64,000 bases of DNA. Origin: Candidatus Aminicenantes bacterium (GTDB lineage: Bacteria; Acidobacteriota; Aminicenantia; Aminicenantales; Aminicenantaceae). The DNA lies in contig JASFPP010000001.1 in assembly GCA_050115915.1 (NCBI GenBank), forward strand, positions 3,116-67,115, read 5' to 3'. The notes beneath the pieces were generated by a model. It had not been told where the DNA came from. It searched no databases and saw only the letters and a list, made by a program, of their open reading frames with translations. The translations under genes and the position numbers were made by a program. How positions within the stretch are numbered: position 1 is the stretch's first letter; each line of letters opens with the position of its first letter. Positions 17,156 through 25,748 of this stretch are shown in pieces.

Positions 17156-19267
17156 TTGAACACCATTTTGTCCAGAAACGTTCAACAGAAAGCGGATCTT
17201 TTAATTTGGGTGGGCCTCGTCCTTTTCTGTGTTTTTATCCTTTGTCTTTTTATCCAATCCCTGGATGCCCTCTCTCTATGGATGGATGAAGGATTCTACT
17301 ATCTCGCCACTGAGAGGATCTTGGAACTGGGTTATCCTCTATTTCCTTCCGGACACATCTATTACAAAGCCATTTTGTATGCGTATGTTTCGGCTCTTTT
17401 CACCAAGATCTTTGGGTTCACAGTGTTCAATCTTAGGCTGATCAGCGTCCTGTGCACGATCGGTCTGATCCCTGTGCTTTATCTAGCGGGAAAAAAGCTG
17501 TTCAATCGAACGGTGGGTGTCGGTGCTGCCGTTGTTTTTTCTCTGTGTGTGTGGGTTGCCGAATACGGGCGCGTCGACCTCTACTTCGCCCCTCTTCAGC
17601 TTGTGAGTTTTGGCGGGCTTTATCTTTTTTACAGGGGATTTTTCGAGGAGAAAAAAACGTACAAAATATTTGCGACAGCGGTGTTTATCGCGGCACCCCT
17701 CGTCCATCAGCTGGGAATGAGCGTCTGGTTCTGTTATCCTGCTTTTTTCCTCGTCAAAGGGATACGAAGATTTGTCCGCAGGGATGTGCTTCTGAGTTTT
17801 TCTTTGACAACGGTGTTTTACATTCTTGTCCAGCTCCATGAGTATTTCTTCTGGGAAGTGGGGTATGTGTATGCCAAAACCGATCAGAGCATGCAGGGCA
17901 TGATCGAGTATTTTTTTGCCAGTTTTTCGCTCGACTATTTTTATGAGTTCTACGGCAGTTTTCCCCGAATGAGCCTGATCATCGGGGCCGGGAGTCTTCT
18001 CCTCCTCATCACCTTGTTTCGAGAAAGAAAAGCACAAGAATCCCGTACGCAATCCTTTTCGAAAAACTGGCTCTTTTTGTATCTCTGCCTGGTGTTCCCC
18101 CTGGTCTTCCTCGGCTTTTTCAGGACGCACGTCCAGCCCCGCTACCTCTACCAGCTGTATCCTCTTTTTGTTGTTCTCTATGCTGTTTGCCTTTTTCAGC
18201 TGTCACGGATCCTGATCGAGGTCTTGATGCTGCCTTACAAACAAAAAAGAGGCGCCGGTTTTTCGGTGGCAGCAGGAGTCCTTTTTGTGGCTCTTCTCTT
18301 TTTGACCGCAGAGGGCGTGGGTATCGGGAGGGTGAAGCGGATCGTCGATCGGCAGTATGGCGACTCCATCCAGACAGATATCGTCAACAGGTCGGGGAGA
18401 CATCAGCACTATGATCATAGAGGGCCGGGAGAGTATGTCCGGTACTTTCTCCGGGAAGATGACCTGGTTGTCGCCATCCATGTGGTCTTCCAAAACATCT
18501 ATGCAGGGAGGGTCGACTATTGGCTGTGGTCCGGGGGGCCCGGGACCTGGGATGCATGGGAGGAGACATCCGAGGGATGGAAGGATTTTTATATCGGAGC
18601 CAGGTGGATCAATAATCTGGAAGACCTGAGACAGGTGCTGGAAAAGGATCCCCAAAGGAGGGTTTGGATCATCGCATCTCCCTCTATCCTTCGCAGGGAT
18701 CACATCAACGCAAACATCGCTCGGTTCATCCAACGAGACCCGGAGAAGCTCGTATTTCGGGGCAAAGACGGTATGTCAGAGGTTTATCTATGGAATGACG
18801 CGACAGGGGCTCTAACAGGGCCCCCGTGCACGATGGAGGGAGAATGGATGCCTGCGCTTTTTGGGAAGGCCGTTTTCGAAGAAAATGCTTCAAGAGGCTG
18901 TGCTTTTTATATGCCCAAACAGAAGGAGGGCGGGAAACTCAGTTCCTACAAGACGGGGCAGGCATATTTTCCCGGGCGTTATTCGGTGTCTTTACGGGTT
19001 AAGGCCGAGGATTTCGAACGCGCTGGTGACCGATTGTTGGGCGTTGCCCTTCTCGACAGGCCTGGGGGAGACGAAGTGGTCTCTTACTTTATTACCGGAG
19101 ACAGGATCCAGGAAGGAGTGGATTACCAGGTTTATAGCTTCGATTATTATCAGAACAAGGAAAGTCAAATATATCTGAAGTTTTTATTCACAGGTCGAGG
19201 GAATGTGTGGCTCGATTATGTGGACATAAAGCCAGTGATTGAACCTCCGGCGGATAAATTTCCGTAG
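17156..19267 (+). CDS. GT-C fold membrane glycosyltransferase (ArnT/PMT, GT83/GT39-like)
   Basis: About 11-12 N-terminal TM helices with a DEGFYY motif in the first periplasmic loop, plus a ~300-aa C-terminal soluble domain. It sits directly downstream of the ArnC-like GT2. Confidence 0.7.
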   Translation: MNTILSRNVQQKADLLIWVGLVLFCVFILCLFIQSLDALSLWMDEGFYYLATERILELGYPLFPSGHIYYKAILYAYVSALFTKIFGFTVFNLRLISVLCTIGLIPVLYLAGKKLFNRTVGVGAAVVFSLCVWVAEYGRVDLYFAPLQLVSFGGLYLFYRGFFEEKKTYKIFATAVFIAAPLVHQLGMSVWFCYPAFFLVKGIRRFVRRDVLLSFSLTTVFYILVQLHEYFFWEVGYVYAKTDQSMQGMIEYFFASFSLDYFYEFYGSFPRMSLIIGAGSLLLLITLFRERKAQESRTQSFSKNWLFLYLCLVFPLVFLGFFRTHVQPRYLYQLYPLFVVLYAVCLFQLSRILIEVLMLPYKQKRGAGFSVAAGVLFVALLFLTAEGVGIGRVKRIVDRQYGDSIQTDIVNRSGRHQHYDHRGPGEYVRYFLREDDLVVAIHVVFQNIYAGRVDYWLWSGGPGTWDAWEETSEGWKDFYIGARWINNLEDLRQVLEKDPQRRVWIIASPSILRRDHINANIARFIQRDPEKLVFRGKDGMSEVYLWNDATGALTGPPCTMEGEWMPALFGKAVFEENASRGCAFYMPKQKEGGKLSSYKTGQAYFPGRYSVSLRVKAEDFERAGDRLLGVALLDRPGGDEVVSYFITGDRIQEGVDYQVYSFDYYQNKESQIYLKFLFTGRGNVWLDYVDIKPVIEPPADKFP

Positions 19268-19337
19268 GGAATGAATCAAACAATCGAAACTTATCAATAT
19301 GAATGAGCGAACGGAGAAGAAACGAAAGGAGGGTGGG

Positions 19338-20090
19338 ATGAACAACGATTTTCGGGGGAGTGTGCAGAAGGAGCTCATCGATAAAAGGGGATCTTTTTTT
19401 TCCAAGTATTCCTCACTGTTTCTTGGCAGGAAAAATCTCTTTTCGTTTCTCAGGTATGAGTGTGTGCTTCTGCTCTTCTCAGGGGTGCCCGGGGCGCTGG
19501 GCTTCTTCCTACGGAAAGTTTTCTACCCTGGCTTATTCAAACAGGTTGGGAAAGGCGTGGTCTTCGGACGGAACATTACCCTACGGCATCCCAAGAAGAT
19601 CTCTATAGGCGCGAATACCTTCATCGACGACAACGTGGTGCTCGACGCGAAGGGCGAGGAAAACCAGGGGATAATCATCGGAGAAAATGTCTATATCGGC
19701 CGGAATACCATCTTGAGCTGCAAAGAGGGTTCGATATCCCTAGATGATTTCTGCAACATCTCGGCCAACTGTATGCTCCTCTCAGAGACGGATATCCGTT
19801 TAGGAAAATACTGCTTTTTAGCGGGGCAATGCTACCTCGTGGCCGGCGGGAATCACACATTCGATGACATATCCGTTCCGATCATGTTCCAGCCCTCCTA
19901 TTCCAAAGGGGGAATCACCGTCGGTGAGGATGTTTGGCTGGCAGCCGGCGTTATTGTCCTGGATGGGATCAATGTCGGCAAAGGGACCGTTGTTGGCGCA
20001 GGATCCGTAGTCACCGAATCCCTCCCTGAGTATTGTATTGCTGTCGGAAGTCCCGCCCAAAAGATCAAAGACAGAAAGATTGCCGTTTAA
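19338..20090 (+). CDS. left-handed beta-helix (hexapeptide-repeat) acyl/acetyltransferase
   Basis: Repeated [LIV]GxxxxI hexapeptides (IGANTFIDDNVVL, IGENVYIGRNTIL, VGEDVWLAAGVIV, VGKGTVVGAGSVV). Start placed at the Met with a GGAGGG Shine-Dalgarno (track start 19299). Confidence 0.7.
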   Translation: MNNDFRGSVQKELIDKRGSFFSKYSSLFLGRKNLFSFLRYECVLLLFSGVPGALGFFLRKVFYPGLFKQVGKGVVFGRNITLRHPKKISIGANTFIDDNVVLDAKGEENQGIIIGENVYIGRNTILSCKEGSISLDDFCNISANCMLLSETDIRLGKYCFLAGQCYLVAGGNHTFDDISVPIMFQPSYSKGGITVGEDVWLAAGVIVLDGINVGKGTVVGAGSVVTESLPEYCIAVGSPAQKIKDRKIAV

Positions 20091-20111
20091 ATCAATTTCG
20101 ACGAGAAAGAA

Positions 20112-21350
20112 CTAAGATTTTTTTGTGTGAGTTTTTTCTTCCAGTTCCTGTATGACAACCGAGCAGGCCATGTTCCCCACCACGTTGACACATGTCCGGA
20201 CCATATCGAGTAGCCTCTCGACACCCAGTATGAGGGCGATCCCCTCGAGAGGGATGCCCAACTGCTTCAGGACCAGAGCCAGGGCGATAATCCCGGCCAT
20301 GGGGACGCCGGCTGCTCCGATGGAGGCCATAACGGCCATGAGAACGATCGTGACCTGACCGGTTAAGCCCAAGGGGATGCCGTATATCTGGGCGATGAAG
20401 ACCGCAGACACTCCCTGGTAGAGCGCTGTGCCGTCCATGTTGACAGTCGAACCCAGGGGAATCACGAAGCTGGAGTACTCGCGTTTGACTCCGATGTGCT
20501 CGACACTCTCCATGGCAACGGGAAGGGTAGCCATGGAGCTGGAGGTACTGAAGGCGATGATGATGGCTTCTTTGACAGCTCTGAAGAAATAGAGGGGATT
20601 GGTCCGCCCGAGAACGCTGACAGCTAAGCTGTTAAAGGTGATCCCGTAGAGGATTAATCCCCCTATGACCACAGTGCAGTACTTGAGCAGGGTGAACAGG
20701 ATATCCATCCCGAATCGTCCGATCACTGCTGCGCTGAGGGCGAATACGCCGTAGGGTGCCACTTTCATGACCAAGTGGACGACTTGAATGAAAATATCAT
20801 TGAGGGCATCCAGCATCTTGACCAGGAAATCGGATTTCTCCGTCGGGATGAGCGTGAGAACGATGCCGAAGAGGATGGCCATAAATATGATCTGGAGCAT
20901 GTTGCCGTCGATGAAGGCCTTGACGGGATTCTTGGGGACGATATTGACCAGGATCTCGACGATGGATGGTTTTTCTTCCATCCGTTTGATCCCATCCTGG
21001 GCTCTGGCCTCATAGTTCTCCATGAGTTGGGTTTGGACCGTCTCGGGCAGGCCCTCGCCGGGATTGGCGGTGTTGGCCAAAAAGAGACCCACGCAGATGG
21101 CGATGATCGTTGTGATGACAAAATAAAGGGACGTCTTGGCCCCGATCCGGCCTAGCTTTTTGATGTCTCCCAGGCTGGCAGTCCCCAGCATCAGGGAGAC
21201 GAACACCAGGGGGACCACGATCATGGTGATCAGGTTGAGAAAGACGGTCCCGATGGGTTCGATGAACAAGACCTTTTCTTTAAAAATAAGACCGGCAATG
21301 ATCCCAAGGATGAGTCCGAGGAAGATTTTGGTGTGGAGTTTGATTTTCAT
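20112..21350 (-). CDS. dicarboxylate/amino acid:cation symporter (DAACS family, GltP-like)
   Basis: 412 aa with 8+ TM segments and re-entrant loop motifs (SSSMATLP, NMDGTALYQG) typical of glutamate/aspartate symporters. Confidence 0.85.
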   Translation of the reverse strand: MKIKLHTKIFLGLILGIIAGLIFKEKVLFIEPIGTVFLNLITMIVVPLVFVSLMLGTASLGDIKKLGRIGAKTSLYFVITTIIAICVGLFLANTANPGEGLPETVQTQLMENYEARAQDGIKRMEEKPSIVEILVNIVPKNPVKAFIDGNMLQIIFMAILFGIVLTLIPTEKSDFLVKMLDALNDIFIQVVHLVMKVAPYGVFALSAAVIGRFGMDILFTLLKYCTVVIGGLILYGITFNSLAVSVLGRTNPLYFFRAVKEAIIIAFSTSSSMATLPVAMESVEHIGVKREYSSFVIPLGSTVNMDGTALYQGVSAVFIAQIYGIPLGLTGQVTIVLMAVMASIGAAGVPMAGIIALALVLKQLGIPLEGIALILGVERLLDMVRTCVNVVGNMACSVVIQELEEKTHTKKS

Positions 21351-21371
21351 GGATACCGCCTGTTCTCCCTC

Positions 21372-22130
21372 CTATTGCTTCCGGGCCTTGTATATAAAAT
21401 TGGATGTGCTGTCGAATCGGCCGGATGCCGGGAGAAACTTTTCTATCGTGAATCCCCTCTCCTCCAGGAATTCTTTGATCTCTTCCGGGTAGTAGTGATG
21501 CCGTATCGGAACAAAATACCAATCCATGATAAGCTCTTCCAGCTTTTCCCCCTTTCGGGATTTTTCCCGTTTTTTGAAAAAGAAAACGACGGGAGAGAGA
21601 AACACGGCAAGGATTTTGGAGAGTGCTTTCCATGATTTTTTTGGCGTCCGCAGCAGTGTTTTCCGGATGATCTCGTGGATAAAGGTCGCTTTGGTTTTGG
21701 TGTAGACGGCAAGGAGTAGGGAGCCCCCCTTTTTCAGGACTCTGATCAGTTCTTCGATTGCGCCGAAAGGGTCGGTGGTGTGGTGGGCCGTACCCCAGGC
21801 CCAGACTATATCGAAACTCTCATCCGCAAAGGGAAGCTCGAGCATGTCCTCTTTCTGGAACTGTGCTGTTTCCAAGTTGAATCTGTCTTTTAAGGTCTTT
21901 GCTGTTTCGAGGCTTCCCTCGCTGATGTCGATCCCGGTGACATTGCCCGCACCGTTTTTTGCGAAAATGATACTGAATATGCCTGTTCCGCAACCCGCGT
22001 CGAGAACTTTTTTCCCGGCCACCTCTGTGCCGGAATAAAAGATCTTCCAGTGATTTTCCGATTCCTCATATTCGGGAATATACTCCGTCCAAACGACGTC
22101 ATAGAATTTACTGACTTTTTCTTTATCCAT
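21372..22130 (-). CDS. class I SAM-dependent methyltransferase
   Basis: Motif I VLDAGCGTGIFS, 252 aa. Confidence 0.75.
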   Translation of the reverse strand: MDKEKVSKFYDVVWTEYIPEYEESENHWKIFYSGTEVAGKKVLDAGCGTGIFSIIFAKNGAGNVTGIDISEGSLETAKTLKDRFNLETAQFQKEDMLELPFADESFDIVWAWGTAHHTTDPFGAIEELIRVLKKGGSLLLAVYTKTKATFIHEIIRKTLLRTPKKSWKALSKILAVFLSPVVFFFKKREKSRKGEKLEELIMDWYFVPIRHHYYPEEIKEFLEERGFTIEKFLPASGRFDSTSNFIYKARKQ

Positions 22131-22223
22131 CTGAGCTTGTCTCTGCCTTTTTAGCCTATCGATTCATGTTTTAAAATAGAAGATATCTTATAGACTTATC
22201 TCTTGCAAGTCAATCGGGATGAG

Positions 22224-23204
22224 TTAAAGCCAGTTGTGGGCTTTCGACCACTCCACGGTTTGTAAAATTCCCTCCGCAAAGCTGATCTTTGGGGAATAGC
22301 CAAGCTCTTGTTTGGCTTTTTGGATCGCCAGCGGTTTGGGGTGGATGAAAAAGCTCAGTCTCCCTCGGGTAAGAGGCGCTTCTTTTTTAAAAAGGGCAAA
22401 GGTCCTCTCCAGGACTGATGCAGCCATTATCACGGGAAAAAGGGGAAGGGAGATCGGCGGGATCTTGTTTCCCGCTGTCGATGCGATTGTGGCTACGATA
22501 TCCTTCACACTTAAGACTTCGCTCCCGGCGATGTGATAAATTTGGCCCTTCCGCCCCATCTCTGCGCACAGGAAAACGCCCTCCACCAGGTCGTCGATGT
22601 GGACGGGCGTCTGCTGCGCATTCCCCTTTGTCACGAGCAAAAATCTTTTTTTGGCGATAGCTTTTATGAGTTTAAATGTTCGCCGATCCCCGGGCCCATA
22701 GGCCCACCCCGGCCTGACGATGGCGATGTCCATTCCCTCTTCTGCAAATTGCCGAGCGATGTTCTCTCCCTCGAGCTTGCTCCGGTCATAACTGTTTTGG
22801 GGGTTTGGAACGAAGTCCTCGTTGGCCGCTTCGCCCCCTTCAACTGATCCCAAAACACCCGCAGAGCTGAAATGGACAGTTTTTGGGATACCGGCTGCTT
22901 TTGCAGCTTGGAGCACGTTTTTTGTCCCCTCAGCGTTTATACGAAAAAATTCGTTTTCTGAGAGGATCGATGCGCCCAAGGCGGCTGCACAGTGGAAGAG
23001 AAGATCCACTCCCTCAAAGATTCCTTCCAGAGTCACCGGGCTTGTGATGTCGCCTTTAACGACCTCATAGCTTTGACTGTTTGACCCCTTTCTTCCCATT
23101 GGACGTGTGTGCTGGAAGACACGGACATTCCATTTTTTTCGAAGACATCCCTCGATCAGGGCACGGCCGATGAATCCCGATGCTCCTGTGATAAACGCTC
23201 TCAT
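22224..23204 (-). CDS. NAD-dependent sugar epimerase/dehydratase (SDR family)
   Basis: Rossmann motif ITGASGFIGRAL at the N-terminus (start moved to the Met directly preceding it; track start 23231), plus a YxxxK catalytic region. Confidence 0.85.
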   Translation of the reverse strand: MRAFITGASGFIGRALIEGCLRKKWNVRVFQHTRPMGRKGSNSQSYEVVKGDITSPVTLEGIFEGVDLLFHCAAALGASILSENEFFRINAEGTKNVLQAAKAAGIPKTVHFSSAGVLGSVEGGEAANEDFVPNPQNSYDRSKLEGENIARQFAEEGMDIAIVRPGWAYGPGDRRTFKLIKAIAKKRFLLVTKGNAQQTPVHIDDLVEGVFLCAEMGRKGQIYHIAGSEVLSVKDIVATIASTAGNKIPPISLPLFPVIMAASVLERTFALFKKEAPLTRGRLSFFIHPKPLAIQKAKQELGYSPKISFAEGILQTVEWSKAHNWL

Positions 23205-23217
23205 CGTGATAAGACCC

Positions 23218-24384
23218 TTATCCCTTCGCACCCATAGCTGTATCGAGAACTTGAGCTATTTTATCTTTATAACGGGGATACGTGTAGTCACGGTCGGCAT
23301 TTTCCTTAGCTGCCCTCGCCCTTTCTTGAGCTCTGCTGTCAAAAAGGGCATAGGCGATTCCCTCAGCCATACACTCCGCATCGGGCTCGACAAGGACGGA
23401 TATCTGGTCGTTCAGGACCTGCGTGTGTGTCCAGAGGTTCGTGGCCACGAGCGGCTTTCCTGATTTGAGAAAGGAGTAGATTTTGAGCGGGGTGTTCGTT
23501 CCGGATAGACGGGGCGAGACCAAGACATCAGCCAGGCCGATAAAGAGAGGCATTTGTGCGGGAGGAACCTGTCCTGTAAAAAAGACTTTCTCAGCGATCC
23601 CCAGTTCGCGGGCCTTTTCCTTTTCCCTCTCGACAGCAGCCGGACTCTCTCCCACGAGCAGGAAGACGACTCTGTCATTCTGGAATTGGGATGCGGCCTC
23701 CAATAAAAGCGATATCCCCTGGTAAGGCTGGAAATTACCCGCATAAAGCACGATTTTTTTATCCTTGGGGACAAATTCTTCACGTTTTTGTCTGATCTCC
23801 TCTTGAGTGAATTCCTCTGTTTCGAAATCGATGAAATTTTCGAGGAGAATTGCCTTTGCAGCATAGCCCTCTTTTTCGACCTGTTTGAGGAGATCGAGGC
23901 AGATCACGATGATTGCCCGCGAATTCTTCAGGATGAACCGCTCCATGCTTATAAAGATTCTTTTCAGAAGCCTGGATCGCGAAAAATTGAAATTCTCCAG
24001 CTGTTGGGGAAGACTGGAATGCATATCGTAGATGTGGGGTGTTCGCGATAGCTTGCTCAGGATAACTCCAAAAAGAGCCCCCTCTTCATGAGAGAAGACG
24101 AGATCGTACCTGTTTCGCAATAGCAATCCGCTTGCCTTGAGAAAAAGGAGAAAATCGAGGGGTATCTTTTTGAGCGAAGGACCGATCTTGATCTTTTTTA
24201 TGAAAAAAAGATTGGGGATCCTGGAGATCTTAAGGTTTTTGATCTCTTTGTCCTCTCCCAGGTGATAGGTCACAAGATCGACATCGTGTCCGAGGTCGGA
24301 GAGGGCCCTGATTCTTTGGTAAACGCTGATGGGTGTTCCCCGTGGCTGGAAGAAGGGTTCCGGGGCGAGCATTAGAATTTTCAT
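23218..24384 (-). CDS. GT4 family (GT-B fold) glycosyltransferase
   Basis: 388 aa, MKILMLAPEPFFQPRGTPISVYQR N-terminal domain and C-terminal EX7E-like region (LVSPRLSGTNTPLKIYSFLKSGKPLVATN). Confidence 0.8.
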   Translation of the reverse strand: MKILMLAPEPFFQPRGTPISVYQRIRALSDLGHDVDLVTYHLGEDKEIKNLKISRIPNLFFIKKIKIGPSLKKIPLDFLLFLKASGLLLRNRYDLVFSHEEGALFGVILSKLSRTPHIYDMHSSLPQQLENFNFSRSRLLKRIFISMERFILKNSRAIIVICLDLLKQVEKEGYAAKAILLENFIDFETEEFTQEEIRQKREEFVPKDKKIVLYAGNFQPYQGISLLLEAASQFQNDRVVFLLVGESPAAVEREKEKARELGIAEKVFFTGQVPPAQMPLFIGLADVLVSPRLSGTNTPLKIYSFLKSGKPLVATNLWTHTQVLNDQISVLVEPDAECMAEGIAYALFDSRAQERARAAKENADRDYTYPRYKDKIAQVLDTAMGAKG

Positions 24385-24395
24385 TGATCTTCAGC

Positions 24396-25385
24396 TTATT
24401 CGGATGACGGATCTCGTTCAGAGTCAAAGATCTCCCGTACGAAATAGATCCTTTTGTCTACCGACTCGTGGTAGGCGCGGACCATGATCTCTGCCAAAAG
24501 CCCCAGAGTGATGAACTGGATCCCGATAACAATGAGCAATATGGCCAACAGCAGCAAGGGGCGTCCTGAGATGCCCACCTTGAGAATGAGACGCTGATAG
24601 GAGAGGTATAAGCCAATGAGGAATCCGACGATACCGCTGGCCAGCCCGAATACGCCGAATATCTGGAGAGGTCGTGTGGAATAACTCAAGAGAAATTTGA
24701 CTGTGAGAAGGTCGAGGATGACTTTGACGAACCGGAACACCGTGTATTTGGACTTTCCGTGCTTCCTTGGCCGGTGGTTAACTTCAACCTCAGCTATAGA
24801 AACCCCGATATTGCTGGCAATGGCTGGAATGAACCTGTGCAGCTCTCCGTAAAGATTGATGTTTTTGATGACCTCTTTTCGGAAAGCCTTCAGAGTGCAC
24901 CCAAAATCATGAAGCTTGATGTGCGTGATCTTGGAGATAAGCCAATTGGCCATGGCCGAGGGGATGCGACGTGTCAAAAGGCGGTCCTTTCTTTTTTTCC
25001 TCCATCCGCTGACAATATCGTAACCCTTGTGGATCTTTTCGAGAAGAAGAACGAAGTCTTGAGGATCATTCTGAAGGTCTGCATCCAAGGTGATGATCAC
25101 CTCTCCTTTGGCATAATCGAAACCAGCGGAAAGGGCTGCCGTTTGGCCGAAATTTTTTCTCAGCCGGATAACTTTCACCTTGGGATCCTCCTTTTGGATG
25201 CCCCGCAACACCGGAAAAGTCAAATCCCAGCTTCCGTCATCGACAAAAATGATCTCATAGGAGAGGTTCAGTCCTATTGAGGCTTTCGTGATCTCTTCAT
25301 AGAGGTCTGGCAGGTTTTTCTCCTCGTTAAAAACCGGCACTACGATGGAAAGTGCAAGAGGCTCCTTGGGATTCATTGCGGTCAA
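24396..25385 (-). CDS. GT2 polyprenyl-phosphate sugar transferase (ArnC/GtrB-like), second copy
   Basis: LSIVVPVFNEEKNL, IFVDDGS, LDADLQNDPQD motifs and two C-terminal TM helices. It is paralogous to 16137..17129. Confidence 0.8.
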   Translation of the reverse strand: MTAMNPKEPLALSIVVPVFNEEKNLPDLYEEITKASIGLNLSYEIIFVDDGSWDLTFPVLRGIQKEDPKVKVIRLRKNFGQTAALSAGFDYAKGEVIITLDADLQNDPQDFVLLLEKIHKGYDIVSGWRKKRKDRLLTRRIPSAMANWLISKITHIKLHDFGCTLKAFRKEVIKNINLYGELHRFIPAIASNIGVSIAEVEVNHRPRKHGKSKYTVFRFVKVILDLLTVKFLLSYSTRPLQIFGVFGLASGIVGFLIGLYLSYQRLILKVGISGRPLLLLAILLIVIGIQFITLGLLAEIMVRAYHESVDKRIYFVREIFDSERDPSSE

Positions 25386-25417
25386 TATATCACATTCACC
25401 ACTTTAACGTAAATAGG

Positions 25418-25494
25418 CTGAATTATTCATAAAAGTTGCTGCCAAATTCCTATTTAAAAAAATATTTCATTTCATATTGGCAGCATCTTTTACC
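25418..25494 (+). repeat. direct repeat copy 1 (~75 bp) carrying TGAATTATTCA palindrome and TGCTGCCAA-N36-TTGGCAGCA inverted repeat
   Basis: About 75% identical to 25619..25690: CTGAATTATTCATAAAA ... CCAAATTCCTAT ... CAGCATCTTTTACC. Confidence 0.6.
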
Positions 25495-25618
25495 TTACAG
25501 GCGAGCTGATTTTGCCGCATCTGCTTCGTTACGGCCCATTCGAAGTGGACGGCCACGTCTTCATACGCCGACGCCTTGCATCTGCGACAAACTCAACTCG
25601 TGAATAATCCATCCTTCG

Positions 25619-25690
25619 CCTGAATTATTCATAAAATCTGTGGTCAAATTCCTATACAAAAATCATTTCTTATCGATAGCATCTTTTACC
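25619..25690 (+). repeat. direct repeat copy 2 (~72 bp), immediately upstream of the receiver-gene promoter
   Basis: CTGAATTATTCATAAAATCTGTGGTCAAATTCCTATACAAAAATCATTTCTTATCGATAGCATCTTTTACC. It ends 7 nt before the TTGACA -35 box. Confidence 0.6.
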
Positions 25691-25697
25691 AGGGGAA

Positions 25698-25726
25698 TTG
25701 ACAACATTGGATTTATCCTCTAAAAT
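25698..25726 (+). promoter_or_regulatory. sigma70 promoter of the orphan receiver gene
   Basis: Perfect TTGACA, 17-nt spacer, TAAAAT (25721..25726), ATG at 25749. Confidence 0.55.
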
Positions 25727-25748
25727 CTAAGCCGACCTGAGGACAGAT

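Noticed and set aside
17483-18130. 215-aa ORF antisense within the ArnT-like GT-C gene
   Set aside because: Antisense to a 703-aa multi-TM protein with coherent topology. No motifs.
25470-25495. Sigma-54 (-24/-12) promoter at TGGCAGCATCTTTTACC
   Set aside because: The -24 GG is present but the -12 element reads TTTAC instead of the conserved TTGC(A/T). The second repeat copy lacks the GG.
25418-25690. Possible CRISPR array or MITE at the duplicated 75-bp repeats
   Set aside because: Only two imperfect copies with a 124-bp spacer. No cas genes, no terminal inverted repeats and no target-site duplication. It is better explained as a duplicated regulatory module.
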